The notes under the pieces are model-generated. The model made no database searches, was not told the origin of the DNA, and worked only from the letters and a program-made list of their open reading frames with translations. Shown piece after piece: positions 28,719 through 38,294 of a stretch of 64,000 bases of DNA. The DNA is from a virus. Taxonomy: Duplodnaviria > Caudoviricetes. The stretch is taken from positions 1 to 64,000 of the IMG/VR virus record IMGVR_UViG_2724679363_000011. One strand, given 5' to 3'. The translations under genes and the position numbers were made by a program. Each line of letters begins with the position of its first letter. Position 1 is the stretch's first letter.

Positions 28719-28883
28719 TCTATACCTCTTCTAACGTCTATCTAAGTCTACTAATCCCTTATATAATCAGCCTCTCTGACAATTCCTAGCATCCCAACGT
28801 CTACCTACATCCACTGCAATCAACAACAAAGTGGGGGTACTATTGGGGGTATGTCTAGGTTCAATGAAGTGAGATACCCCCAC

Positions 28884-30071
28884 ATGAAACTGAACGCCCG
28901 ACAGGTCGATACTGCAAAGCCAAAAGAGAAGCCCTATAAGCTATCTGATGGAGGTGGATTATTTTTGTTAGTAAAAACTACTGGTTCACGTTGTTGGCGG
29001 CTGAAGTATCGGATCGCCGGTAAAGAAAAATTGCTAGCATTTGGGGTCTATCCTGATATCACTCTTGCTGAAGCCAGAGCAAAAAGAGATGAGGCAAAGC
29101 GTATACTTGCAGTGGGCGGCGACCCTGGTGAAGAAAAGAAAGTAGAAAAACAAACCAGAAAAGTCAGCATTGATAACACGTTTGAAGCTCTAGCCAGAGA
29201 ATGGCATGCCTACAAAAGGCCCAATTGGTCCAAAGGTTATGCTGATGATTTAATGGAGTCGTTCGAAAAAGACATATTCCCTTACGTTGGCAAACGTCCA
29301 ATTGCCGAAATCAAACCTCTAGAAATTCTCGAAACCCTACGCAAGTTAGAAAAGCGTGGCGTCCTCGATAAAATGCGTAAGATCCGTCAGGCATGCAGCC
29401 AAACTTTCCGTTATGCAATCGTAACTGGCAGAGCAGAGAACAATCCAGCAAGTGAACTAGCTGGCGCTCTGGCTGTTCAGAAGCATACGCATTACCCCCA
29501 CCTCTTAGCTAACGAGCTTCCCGCATACCTTAACGCTCTCAACGCCTATAGCGGCAGTACAGTCACTCGAATAGCAACACGGCTCCTTATGCTTACCGGT
29601 GTTCGTACAACTGAACTACGGGCTGCTGAGTGGCTAGAATTTGACTTGGACAAAGCCGTCTGGGAAGTTCCCACCGCCAGAATGAAAATGCGTCGTCCTC
29701 ACTTGGTTCCCTTATCAGAGCAAGTTTTGGCATTACTGCGTCAATTACATGAGATTACTGGGCGATTTAAACTGGTATTCCCCGGTCGTAATGACAGCTT
29801 AAAGCCAATGAGCGAAGCCAGTATTAATCAGGTCATAAAACGTATTGGTTATCATGGTAAAGCCACTGGTCATGGTTTCCGTCACACTATGAGTACCATT
29901 TTGCATGAGCAGGGGTTTAATACTGCGTGGATAGAAACACAGCTGGCACACGTGGATAAAAACAGCATTCGTGGCACCTACAATCACGCCCAGTATCTGG
30001 ATGGTCGTCGAGAAATGCTTCAGTGGTATGCCGACTATATGGATAGCCTGGAACGTCAGTCAAAAGATTAG
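28884..30071 (+). CDS. int: P4-family tyrosine integrase
   Basis: KPYKLSDGGGLFL arm-binding domain; catalytic R (TGVRTTE), HGFRH, QLAH, Y (GTYNHA); GGGGGTA arm-type repeats at 28833-28851. Confidence 0.96.
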   Translation: MKLNARQVDTAKPKEKPYKLSDGGGLFLLVKTTGSRCWRLKYRIAGKEKLLAFGVYPDITLAEARAKRDEAKRILAVGGDPGEEKKVEKQTRKVSIDNTFEALAREWHAYKRPNWSKGYADDLMESFEKDIFPYVGKRPIAEIKPLEILETLRKLEKRGVLDKMRKIRQACSQTFRYAIVTGRAENNPASELAGALAVQKHTHYPHLLANELPAYLNALNAYSGSTVTRIATRLLMLTGVRTTELRAAEWLEFDLDKAVWEVPTARMKMRRPHLVPLSEQVLALLRQLHEITGRFKLVFPGRNDSLKPMSEASINQVIKRIGYHGKATGHGFRHTMSTILHEQGFNTAWIETQLAHVDKNSIRGTYNHAQYLDGRREMLQWYADYMDSLERQSKD

Positions 30072-30104
30072 TTTTGGATAAAATTCTTCCGTGAGGAATA
30101 AAAA

Positions 30105-30219
30105 AGGGTCGGTTCAGTAGGTTCAGTCGGTTCAATATTTTAGTTTGTTGATTTATAAGTTAATTAATTCATTTTTTGAACCGACCCTGAACCGACTTTA
30201 GGCCATTTGAACCGACCCT
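30105..30219. repeat. Iteron array, candidate replication origin
   Basis: Three GT(C/A)GGTTCA copies (30108-30134), ~42-bp AT-rich core, three inverted TGAACCGAC copies (30177, 30188, 30208). Confidence 0.8.
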
Positions 30220-30400
30220 AATCGCGTTATCTCCCGAAAACCTGGCTTTTTCTCAGCTAAATAACCCTAAATCAGTAATCGATAAGCTAAAATTGCTCAC
30301 CCGAATTTGATGTGAAAATGTGAAGTAATGTCGTGAATTGGCAAGGGGGAATGCTGGACGAGTATACAGTGGTGATTTATAGTAGACCTCAAGAAAATAA

Positions 30401-30457
30401 GGCTATGCCTAGGCTGATCCCCGAAAACCAGTACACCTCTACTGGCTGGCATAGTCC
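30401..30457 (+). ncRNA. Structured RNA between int and alpA (possibly the int-alpA RNA motif)
   Basis: GGCTATGCC/GGCATAGTC closing stem, internal CTGATCCCCGAAAA, CCAGT/ACTGG hairpin; family assignment from context only. Confidence 0.5.
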
Positions 30458-30485
30458 CCAATATTTAGAGGATGCGAGGTGGCGT

Positions 30486-31388
30486 ATGGAACTCAAAATT
30501 ATACCATTTGAATATTGTTCTTTAGAAAGGGCTGCAAAGTTTTTTGGATGTGAAATGGAAGATTTTTTTCACTGGTATGAAACGAAAAAAATTTCCCTTT
30601 CCTTGAAGCTTTTGGAGCATCGAGCCACAGTTTTATCGATCGACAACAAAACTATAGAATATAAAACTGAATATTGGGGAGATGATCATATTGAATATGA
30701 TGTAATGGCCTCTGCAAATAATGAGTTTTCATATATTGACAATATAAGTGCTTTTGTGGGCAATCGGCTTTCATATGATCATTTATGTCAGGTTTATAGG
30801 GTAAATGGTTATGCTCATGATTTCTGGCGGCCTTGCGATGCGTTTATTCAATCGCTTCGCCGTGGTGGAAGAATCATGGATAGCTTTTCCGCATCTCCTT
30901 ATGATTTTGAAGGTGATTTCCGTATCATGATAGAGGTGCAGGAAGGAACACAAACCTCAGACCCAGAATCGCCAGTTTTTTATTTTTATCCAGAATTCAC
31001 TATTGGTGATTTAGTTTTGTATAAAACAGACTTGGATATAATCAATCATCTTATGTGTGGTGTTGAGTATTCCCCTGAAAAAAACAATGAATTAAATTCA
31101 GATTTATTAACTGTTGCTGATATTAGTACTGAGGAAATTCAAAGTGAAATATTGGAGTGGACTGAGTTTTCAAGTAAAGAAACTTCTTTGAAATTTATTG
31201 CTGGAATGGTTCTTGCTTTACACAAGTCATCCCCAAAATTTAGAAATGGAACTAAAATAAATCGAACTTCAATTGCGAAAGAAGCAATATTAAGAATAAC
31301 AGAGCAAGGAATTGAATTCGATATAACTGAACGCCAACTCACAAATCTTATGAATAAAGCACTGACTGATTATGCACCAAAAATTTAG
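30486..31388 (+). CDS. AT-rich hypothetical protein upstream of alpA, with N-terminal HTH-like segment
   Basis: PFEYCSLERAAKFFGCEMEDFFHW N-terminus; GAGGT SD; usual slot in P4-like islands. Confidence 0.7.
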   Translation: MELKIIPFEYCSLERAAKFFGCEMEDFFHWYETKKISLSLKLLEHRATVLSIDNKTIEYKTEYWGDDHIEYDVMASANNEFSYIDNISAFVGNRLSYDHLCQVYRVNGYAHDFWRPCDAFIQSLRRGGRIMDSFSASPYDFEGDFRIMIEVQEGTQTSDPESPVFYFYPEFTIGDLVLYKTDLDIINHLMCGVEYSPEKNNELNSDLLTVADISTEEIQSEILEWTEFSSKETSLKFIAGMVLALHKSSPKFRNGTKINRTSIAKEAILRITEQGIEFDITERQLTNLMNKALTDYAPKI

Positions 31389-31556
31389 AGTTAGCATATT
31401 TACTAAGTCATTTCCAAATGGGCTTCCAAAGCCCATTTCAAATTGAAGTTCTATCAATTTTACGGCAATTTCCACAGTTGATTTTTTTTGATGATTTAAT
31501 AAAACCTGTAATCTACCAACGTCCAATGACAACGTTAAATAGAAACAGGGGACAAC

Positions 31557-31763
31557 ATGCCACAAGCAGCACAATCACTTATCCGCCTATCAGAAGTCCA
31601 ACGCCGCACTGGTTACAGTAAGGCTTGGCTTTACCGTCTCATCAGCCAGAATCGTTTTCCCCAATCGATTAAAATCGGTACCCGTTCTATTGCCTTCATT
31701 GAAAGCGAAATTGACGAATGGATCAATCAGCGCATTGCTGAATCCCGCAAGGAAGTCGCCTGA
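31557..31763 (+). CDS. alpA: AlpA-family regulator/excisionase
   Basis: LIRLSEVQRRTGYSKAWLYRLI...FPQSIKIG.RSIAFIESEIDEWI. Confidence 0.95.
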   Translation: MPQAAQSLIRLSEVQRRTGYSKAWLYRLISQNRFPQSIKIGTRSIAFIESEIDEWINQRIAESRKEVA

Positions 31764-31871
31764 TTATGCATATAGGGTGTTCATTTGTTGCGTGTGTTTG
31801 CGTTCGACTTAATCCAGCATTTGATTTCCATCGCTACAACTATCAAGCGATTTAACGAAGAGTAATTAAAC

Positions 31872-32384
31872 ATGAAAAAATTAAATGCCTTAATTGGCAG
31901 TACCCAAACTCAGCCTAAAATCGTACTCAGCGGTATTAAAGTTAATGGTTTGCCTATCGAGTTTGTTGATCAATGGACAGAGTATTGGACTAAACAAAGT
32001 TTCGCTATTTCAGTACCTGCCAATATTCGTCGCCAGTATTACCCCGATGATTCAGCGTTCAGTGTAGCCATGCGCAAAGCTGGCTATGTGCCGGTTCGTA
32101 CGCGAAAGCTGATAGGGAAAGACGGGCGTTTCTGGTTGTATCGAGTAACCGGAAAAGATAAGGGGGTTGTCGCACCAGTTCCCGCTAATAGCAAGGATTG
32201 CAGCCCATTTGTGCAGGTGTCACATAAGCCTCGATATGGTTATAACGAGGTCGCTTTAGATGGGGAATTACTTCATGTATACGGTGACCACATCCGTTTA
32301 CTGACTAAAAAGCGGGTTCGTGTGAATGGTAAGCAGGTTCAGGGCTACACAGCTAAAGGTCTGCGTGTGGAGGTGGTGGCATGA
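31872..32384 (+). CDS. Hypothetical basic protein, possible winged-helix DNA binder
   Basis: 170-aa ORF with GAAGAG SD; ATGA overlap with next ORF. Confidence 0.65.
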   Translation: MKKLNALIGSTQTQPKIVLSGIKVNGLPIEFVDQWTEYWTKQSFAISVPANIRRQYYPDDSAFSVAMRKAGYVPVRTRKLIGKDGRFWLYRVTGKDKGVVAPVPANSKDCSPFVQVSHKPRYGYNEVALDGELLHVYGDHIRLLTKKRVRVNGKQVQGYTAKGLRVEVVA

Positions 32385-33232
32385 TGCTTACAACTCCAGT
32401 AGCCAGCCAGAAAAAGGCATTTCCCTCGGCTGGCACTCTGAACCGACTATCTTTGAGCGAGTCGGATACTAACCCGTTAATTTCGAGTCAGTTGCAAAAA
32501 ATTTTGCGGATGACTTTCAGTTACTTACAAACATCACTCAACCCATTGATTCTTTCGAAGAACGCCATTGGCATAAGTCGGGAAACCAAACACGAACAGT
32601 ATTCGGGTTCAGGCAAAGAAAAGGGTAGCACTGTAAATGCTACCCTTTGGGATTACTCAGATGGTTCTGATTTGGACTTCTTGCGCTGGCGGCGTTTGAT
32701 CTCACCTAACATTGACGCTGTGATGAACTGCCCAGTACTTTCGCCTTTTTCTTTTACTAACTCCATACCTTCAATTATTTCATGTGGTATGCGAGCTGTT
32801 AAGGATTGTGACTTTGCATTTTTTGAACCCGTCGCCATATGCTGCTCCCATGTATTTTGGTGTAAGACAGTATACACGGTAAATATTCTATTTAAAGACT
32901 TGACGTGTAAGACACCTTGTAACTATATTGTGTCTTACACCTTACCTTCATCATGGTGTGAAAATAGCAACGCCCCAGAGTGCGGGAACACTTCTGAGGC
33001 GTCTAACCACAATGTAAATGAGGCTTACACTATGGCATTACAACATAGTACCCAAACTCGCCCTAAATTTCAGTATCTCTTTCTCGCAGTGTGCCGTTCT
33101 GACCTGAACGCAACGCCGCACCGTGAATCAGTCACTGCCCATTCTGAACAAGATGCCCGCCGCTTTCTGGCTGGTCAGTTCGTACTTTCCTTTGCTGGTC
33201 GTATTCCTGCACAGGGGGTATGCAATGCTTAA
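32381..33232 (+). CDS. Long in-frame extension ending in an Icd/Kil-like domain (short form starts at 33032)
   Basis: C-terminal AHSEQDARRFLAGQFVLSFAGRIP is Icd-like; internal ATG 33032 with GAGG SD. Confidence 0.7.
   Translation: MMLTTPVASQKKAFPSAGTLNRLSLSESDTNPLISSQLQKILRMTFSYLQTSLNPLILSKNAIGISRETKHEQYSGSGKEKGSTVNATLWDYSDGSDLDFLRWRRLISPNIDAVMNCPVLSPFSFTNSIPSIISCGMRAVKDCDFAFFEPVAICCSHVFWCKTVYTVNILFKDLTCKTPCNYIVSYTLPSSWCENSNAPECGNTSEASNHNVNEAYTMALQHSTQTRPKFQYLFLAVCRSDLNATPHRESVTAHSEQDARRFLAGQFVLSFAGRIPAQGVCNA
32653..32838 (-). CDS. YlcI/YnfO-family ribbon-helix-helix regulator
   Basis: MATGSKNAKSQSLTARIPHEIIEGME...GESTGQFITASMLGEIKRRQ; GGGAG SD. Confidence 0.82.
   Translation of the reverse strand: MATGSKNAKSQSLTARIPHEIIEGMELVKEKGESTGQFITASMLGEIKRRQRKKSKSEPSE
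32859..32941. promoter_or_regulatory. Operator repeats and rightward promoter
   Basis: GTGTAAGACA at 32860 and 32905, inverted GTGTCTTACAC at 32930; TTGACG (32900)-18 bp-TATATT (32924). Confidence 0.75.
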
Positions 33233-33683
33233 AAAATACCGTGTTGAATTTAGCGCATTAGACGCTGCTGGTGGTGCTCTCAAACTGTCATGGTGTGGTG
33301 AAGCTGAAAGCCTTGATAAAGCATCTGTCACTGTTCTCTTGGGGGCTACAGAGCGCCGGTTAAGCAACGTTCAGATCACCAGCATCATGCGGCTCCTTGA
33401 TGAGGATGATATCTATCCACCTTCATACAAAGAAACTCAAGCCCTGATTACTGAACTGATGGGTAGCCGTGGTAAGCCAATCCCTGATACCAGCGAGAAT
33501 GTATCCCGCACTCGGTTACTTCGCGTTAAAGAAGGTCTGCTTCATTTGCTGACAATTGTTATTCCTCTGATTGAGAACGAGCAGCAACGGTTGCAAGTGT
33601 ATTGGTGGACTGAGGCGGTACATAACATCGTACGGTTTGAAGAGCATGACGCGAAAAATGAGCAGGGGGTGTGCAATGTCTAA
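33225..33683 (+). CDS. Hypothetical protein
   Basis: Overlaps the icd-like gene end; GGGGG SD. Confidence 0.65.
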   Translation: MLKKYRVEFSALDAAGGALKLSWCGEAESLDKASVTVLLGATERRLSNVQITSIMRLLDEDDIYPPSYKETQALITELMGSRGKPIPDTSENVSRTRLLRVKEGLLHLLTIVIPLIENEQQRLQVYWWTEAVHNIVRFEEHDAKNEQGVCNV

Positions 33684-34470
33684 AAAAACTGAACTGGTAC
33701 TCGTTGAGGCCCAAAATCTACAGATTATCGAATATCGAGGTCAGCGTGTTTTGACCACCGAGCAAATGGCAGCCGGATATGGTGCCACCGTTGATCGCAT
33801 CCGTCAGAACTTTAATCGTAATAAGTCTCGGTTTGTTGAGGGTAAACACTACTTCCAGATTGAAGGTAAAGAACTTGATGATTTGCGCGTATCTTTTAGC
33901 GACGCACAAATTTCTTCGAAAACTCGCAGCCTTACTTTATGGACAGAACGCGGTGCGGCGAACCATTCAAAAATGCTGGAAACCGATCAGGCGTGGGACT
34001 ACTACAACGACCTCACTGAGTTTTACTTCTCCCGACGTGATGCATTGCCAGCACCTGCAACCATTCCCGACCTCAGTCGTCTGGAAATTCTTCAGTTAGC
34101 TATCGACTCCGAGCAAGGCCGTTTAGCTGAAAAGCAACGCGCCGACAAAGCTATTCGTACCAAAGGCCAGATTAGCCGTAAACGTGAAGCCAGCGCCCTC
34201 GGCAAACTAAGTGCCGCGACTCGCAAATGTCGTGTACTGGAAGAACGGCTAGGGGAAAGTACAAAGCATGCCACGGTGAAAGCTGTAGAAAATGTGACTC
34301 ATCAGAAGTTTGAATGGCGTCCATTGCGCAAATGGTGTCTTGAAAATGGCTTTAAACCGGAGATGGTGCCTGATCCACAGTATGGCTCTGTAAAATCATG
34401 GCCCCGCGAAGCATGGTTGGCAGTACATAACATAAATCTGTCCGATGTTATGGGGGTGACTCATGGATAA
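33676..34470 (+). CDS. ORF6N-domain DNA-binding/antirepressor protein
   Basis: IEYRGQRVLTTEQMA..YG...NFNRN..RFVEGKHYF...LWTERGA. Confidence 0.88.
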   Translation: MSKKTELVLVEAQNLQIIEYRGQRVLTTEQMAAGYGATVDRIRQNFNRNKSRFVEGKHYFQIEGKELDDLRVSFSDAQISSKTRSLTLWTERGAANHSKMLETDQAWDYYNDLTEFYFSRRDALPAPATIPDLSRLEILQLAIDSEQGRLAEKQRADKAIRTKGQISRKREASALGKLSAATRKCRVLEERLGESTKHATVKAVENVTHQKFEWRPLRKWCLENGFKPEMVPDPQYGSVKSWPREAWLAVHNINLSDVMGVTHG

Positions 34471-34660
34471 ATTAGCGCCCTGCGAAGTTTCCGATCTTCT
34501 CAGTCAAATTGCTTCAATTTTAAAAGTCAGTTCAATGCTGATTGCTAGTGAGGATGGTAACGACACGGGTTACGAACTTCTTTGGATTGCTATGGATCGC
34601 GCTGAAAAAGCGGCGAAAAATATCGAGGGGGTGAATTATGCGCGAACCGCTGCCCAATGA
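34463..34660 (+). CDS. Hypothetical protein
   Basis: Coupled small ORF in the early operon. Confidence 0.6.
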   Translation: MDKLAPCEVSDLLSQIASILKVSSMLIASEDGNDTGYELLWIAMDRAEKAAKNIEGVNYARTAAQ

Positions 34661-34808
34661 TCGTTACAAAGACAGTCATGGCTCATTGGTCACTGTCGAT
34701 AATGTTGCCTTTAATCGCGTTACTTTTAGCCGTGACGGATATTCATCGCCCTGCATTATGCCACTGGCACGGTTCGTCGCTGAATTTACCTTTATCGGGA
34801 GAGCATAA
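34638..34808 (+). CDS. DUF4222-like 56-aa protein (not in ORF track)
   Basis: MREPLPNDRYKDSHGSLVTVDNVAFNRVTFSRDGYSSPCIMPLARFVAEFTFIGRA; GAGGGGG SD. Confidence 0.75.
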   Translation: MREPLPNDRYKDSHGSLVTVDNVAFNRVTFSRDGYSSPCIMPLARFVAEFTFIGRA

Positions 34809-34810
34809 CT

Positions 34811-35014
34811 ATGAAAGCCAATGAATCAGTACCTCTGGATATTGCCACGCATAAGGCTGGTCAATTAAATGCTCTCTTGCTGTTGATGTTTGAATCCAAT
34901 GTTGAATTAGATACTACTGACGAAAAGGAATTACTAGGTCTAGCACTGGATCTCGCCGGGCCAGTTGCGGTTCATTTGCTTGAGCGGGAGGCCGGACAAA
35001 ATGGAGCGCCTTGA
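34811..35014 (+). CDS. Hypothetical protein
   Basis: GGAGAG SD; operon continuity. Confidence 0.6.
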   Translation: MKANESVPLDIATHKAGQLNALLLLMFESNVELDTTDEKELLGLALDLAGPVAVHLLEREAGQNGAP

Positions 35015-35127
35015 TAAAGCCAATAGCTAAATGCCCTGTATTTAATTAGTTAGCATTCCAACATTTCAAAAATAACAGCCATCAGGCTGGGGACTCGCTC
35101 GGCCTGATGAAAGGAAAGGATATATTT

Positions 35128-35523
35128 ATGACGAACCTGAATCATTCAATCGAATTAAATCGTAAACATATTGCAGTGGCATTTATCGCTTATTGTCAGA
35201 AACGAAATAGAGGCGAATCCATTGCCAATGTCATTATTAATTCTAAAAAGATTGTCGTTCTTGAGAATTTAACCGAGTCCGCAGTTTGTAATTGCCTTAT
35301 TCATTCTTTGGAAGTGCTTTGTTTTCAGGAATTCGGGCGTGATGACGGCTCGCGGATTCTTGTGGAAACCTACACTCAGATGCTGAGTAAAGATAACAGT
35401 AAATTGACACCGCACGGCGTCGAGACAATGACGGAAGTCATGAAGGCTACAGTCGTAGAGACTTTGGCTAATCCTCACGATAACCGGCATGGACTGGTAT
35501 TCAGTCAGGACGGTGCAGCATGA
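35128..35523 (+). CDS. Hypothetical protein preceding primase (DUF5375-like)
   Basis: ATGA overlap with primase; LTPHGVETM motif. Confidence 0.6.
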   Translation: MTNLNHSIELNRKHIAVAFIAYCQKRNRGESIANVIINSKKIVVLENLTESAVCNCLIHSLEVLCFQEFGRDDGSRILVETYTQMLSKDNSKLTPHGVETMTEVMKATVVETLANPHDNRHGLVFSQDGAA

Positions 35524-38195
35524 AGCCATCCATCGACATGATCCGTGAAGTTACGGCTCAGGCCACCAATCGTTGGCGCGATATTCTTGGTTATCTCGGT
35601 ATTGATGTACCGGAACGGCCTCGCGACCATTCTGCTTGTCCGGCATGTGGTGGCAAAGACAGATTCCGATTTGATGATCAGGATGGACGTGGGACCCATT
35701 TCTGTAATCAGTGTGGTGCCGGTGATGGGCTTGAGCTGGTACAGAAAGTTAAGCAATGCACCTCCACTGAGGCGGCGGTCATGGTAGCAGACGCACTGGG
35801 AATGGATCCCGACTCGCGAGTGTCTGCGACGGTACCTGCTAAATCTGTAAAACAGCTGGTACAACCCGGTATCCCGATAGCGGATAAGGTTGCGGAGCTG
35901 GTGGCGAAAACGGTACCTGGCCAATCTCAGTACCTACTTAATAAGGGGCTTCCAAGCCCCCCTCAAGCCCTATTGAGTGACGGTTCTTTACTGCTGGTAC
36001 TGCAAACAATGGAGGGTGTAGTAACGGGTGCGCAGGTGATTAAGCCTGATGGCACCAAACGACTGATATCCGGCACCGTCAAGAAAGGTTCATTCATTCC
36101 TGTGAGACTTCCAACTGCACTGAATGATGAGCCGGTTGTAACAGTATTAATTGCGGAGGGTAACGCAACCGGCGTTACAGTCTCGTTATTGAGTGATGGG
36201 GTTGTGCTGGCCGCTATTGATGAAGGGAATCTGATCCATATAGCGAAAACCAGCCGGGAACGTTGGCCTGATGCGAAAATTATCATTGCTGCTGATAATG
36301 ACCTTAAACCCGGTGAAAAGAATGTCGGGAAAGAATCTGCTGAGAAAGCGGCTACCGCGGTGAATGGCTGGGTTGCCTTACCACCGACAGACCATAAAGC
36401 CGACTGGGATGATTATCGTCAGCAGTATGGACTGGATGCGAGTATTACCGCGTTCGCAGATTCCCTTTATCAACCACATAGCTTACTTGAAGAGGAGCCT
36501 CCGGTAGCGGAGCCTCAGGATGTCAGACGTCCATATGTCGATGAGCGTAAAGGTGGCATGTATTGGGTTGAACCCAAACTGGATAAAAGTAACGGCAATA
36601 TTACGGAAAGAGAAAGCTGGCTGAGTGACCCGATATCAGTTGCGGGGATAGGTGAAGACGATAACGAGCGGTATCTGATCCTCTCCTGGACGCCGGAGGG
36701 TAACAGTACCGAACGTTCAGAAGCTTTACCCATGCGTGACATTGGCGAGCGGGAAGGCTGGTCGCGGCTGCGGGCTGGTGGTTTATCTATCACAGCCAAG
36801 AGTGGATTACGGGCAATACTGGCGGACTATCTGCAACGCAGTGGAGAACGGCAGCTTTGGACGGTTGCCAATGCTACTGGCTGGCAATGTGGTGCATACA
36901 TTATGCCCGATGGTTCGGTGATTGGGTCGCCTGCAACCCCTGTACTCTTTAATGGCCGTTCATCGGCGGCAAAAGGCTATACCACTAAAGGCACGCCAGA
37001 GAGTTGGCGCAGCAATGTTGCAAAACTTGCTCGAGGAAACCCCTCCATGATGCTGGGTATTGCCTGTGCTTTTGCTGCTCCGCTCATTGGTCTGGCTGGT
37101 GCGGATGGTTTTGGTGTTCATTTATTCGGTGGCTCCTCCGCGGGTAAAACCACGACGGGTAACGCGGCTACCACTGTTTATGGTGAACCCGAAGCGCTGA
37201 AACTGACGTGGTACTCAACAGCATTGGGCTTGGTAAATGAGGCTGCGGCGCACAATGACGGTTTTATGCCACTGGATGAGATAGGGCAAGGCAGCAATAA
37301 ACGCGCAGTTGCTGATGCTGCTTACGCCTTATTTAACGGGGTTGGCAAAATTCAGGGGGCCAAGGAGGGCGGTAATCGGGATGTGAAACGCTGGCGCGCA
37401 ATGGCATTCAGTACCGGTGAAATCGATCTCGAAAGTTATATCCGAGCTGATGGTGGCAAAGTAAACGCTGGTCAACTGGTGAGGTTATTAAATGTGCCCA
37501 TCACCAAAGCAACTGTATACCACGGTTTCAAGGACGGTAAAGCCCATGCAGATGCTATGCGAGATGCCTGTAAAGACCACTACGGTGCGGTAGGGCGGGC
37601 ATGGATAAAATGTCTAGCCAGTCAGAAAGAAGTAGCAGCGCAAGCTGTCAGGGATGCGGAACGTCGGTGGATAGCATTATTACCCGATGAAGCCAGTGAG
37701 CAGGTACGCCGTGTTGCATCGAGGTTCGCCATACTGGAAGCCGCTTTGCTGCTTTCCAAACACCTTACCAGTTGGAGTGAGCAAGAGTGCCGTGACGCTT
37801 TACAACATGGCTTTAATGCATGGGTTAATGATTTTGGTATGGGTAACCGTGAATCAAAAGCATGGGCGGAACAGGCTGAGTCTTTCTTGCAACGCTTCGG
37901 TTATAGCCGTTATTTACCACACCCTGAAACAGATCCGCGAGATTTACCAATAAAGGATTTAGCGGGGTATCGGGAGAAAAAGCAGGGACTCGACACATTG
38001 GTATTCCATACCTTCCCGTCGGTGTTTCGCGATGAGATAGCCGTAGGTGCTAATGCAGTGGCTTTTGCTCAGGTTCTGGCAGATGCCGGTATGTTGGATA
38101 AACCGAGCAAGGGGATCACCAAGAAAACGCTCAGAATTGACGGTAAGCAACCCCGTTTTGTGGTGCTCATGATGCCTGATGATTTGGAGGAATAA
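35520..38195 (+). CDS. Primase-helicase: P4-alpha Zn finger, TOPRIM, DUF927 helicase
   Basis: CPACGGKDRFRFDD...CNQCGAGDG; IAEGNATG/AADND TOPRIM; GGSSAGKTT Walker A; LDEIGQ Walker B. Confidence 0.95.
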   Translation: MKPSIDMIREVTAQATNRWRDILGYLGIDVPERPRDHSACPACGGKDRFRFDDQDGRGTHFCNQCGAGDGLELVQKVKQCTSTEAAVMVADALGMDPDSRVSATVPAKSVKQLVQPGIPIADKVAELVAKTVPGQSQYLLNKGLPSPPQALLSDGSLLLVLQTMEGVVTGAQVIKPDGTKRLISGTVKKGSFIPVRLPTALNDEPVVTVLIAEGNATGVTVSLLSDGVVLAAIDEGNLIHIAKTSRERWPDAKIIIAADNDLKPGEKNVGKESAEKAATAVNGWVALPPTDHKADWDDYRQQYGLDASITAFADSLYQPHSLLEEEPPVAEPQDVRRPYVDERKGGMYWVEPKLDKSNGNITERESWLSDPISVAGIGEDDNERYLILSWTPEGNSTERSEALPMRDIGEREGWSRLRAGGLSITAKSGLRAILADYLQRSGERQLWTVANATGWQCGAYIMPDGSVIGSPATPVLFNGRSSAAKGYTTKGTPESWRSNVAKLARGNPSMMLGIACAFAAPLIGLAGADGFGVHLFGGSSAGKTTTGNAATTVYGEPEALKLTWYSTALGLVNEAAAHNDGFMPLDEIGQGSNKRAVADAAYALFNGVGKIQGAKEGGNRDVKRWRAMAFSTGEIDLESYIRADGGKVNAGQLVRLLNVPITKATVYHGFKDGKAHADAMRDACKDHYGAVGRAWIKCLASQKEVAAQAVRDAERRWIALLPDEASEQVRRVASRFAILEAALLLSKHLTSWSEQECRDALQHGFNAWVNDFGMGNRESKAWAEQAESFLQRFGYSRYLPHPETDPRDLPIKDLAGYREKKQGLDTLVFHTFPSVFRDEIAVGANAVAFAQVLADAGMLDKPSKGITKKTLRIDGKQPRFVVLMMPDDLEE

Positions 38196-38294
38196 GCGGA
38201 TCGCCTCCATTTGAACTGACCTGAATCGGATAAATCATTCTCTCTGGTGGGGGATTACACCAATGCCCTGACAGAGAGTAAAAGAATACAGGGT

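Noticed and set aside
30105-30219. CRISPR array
   Set aside because: Units are ~9-12 bp, inverted between halves, with no spacers and no cas genes
30413-30428. Hammerhead ribozyme (CTGAT...GAAA)
   Set aside because: Lacks CUGAnGA and a stem II between the two core segments
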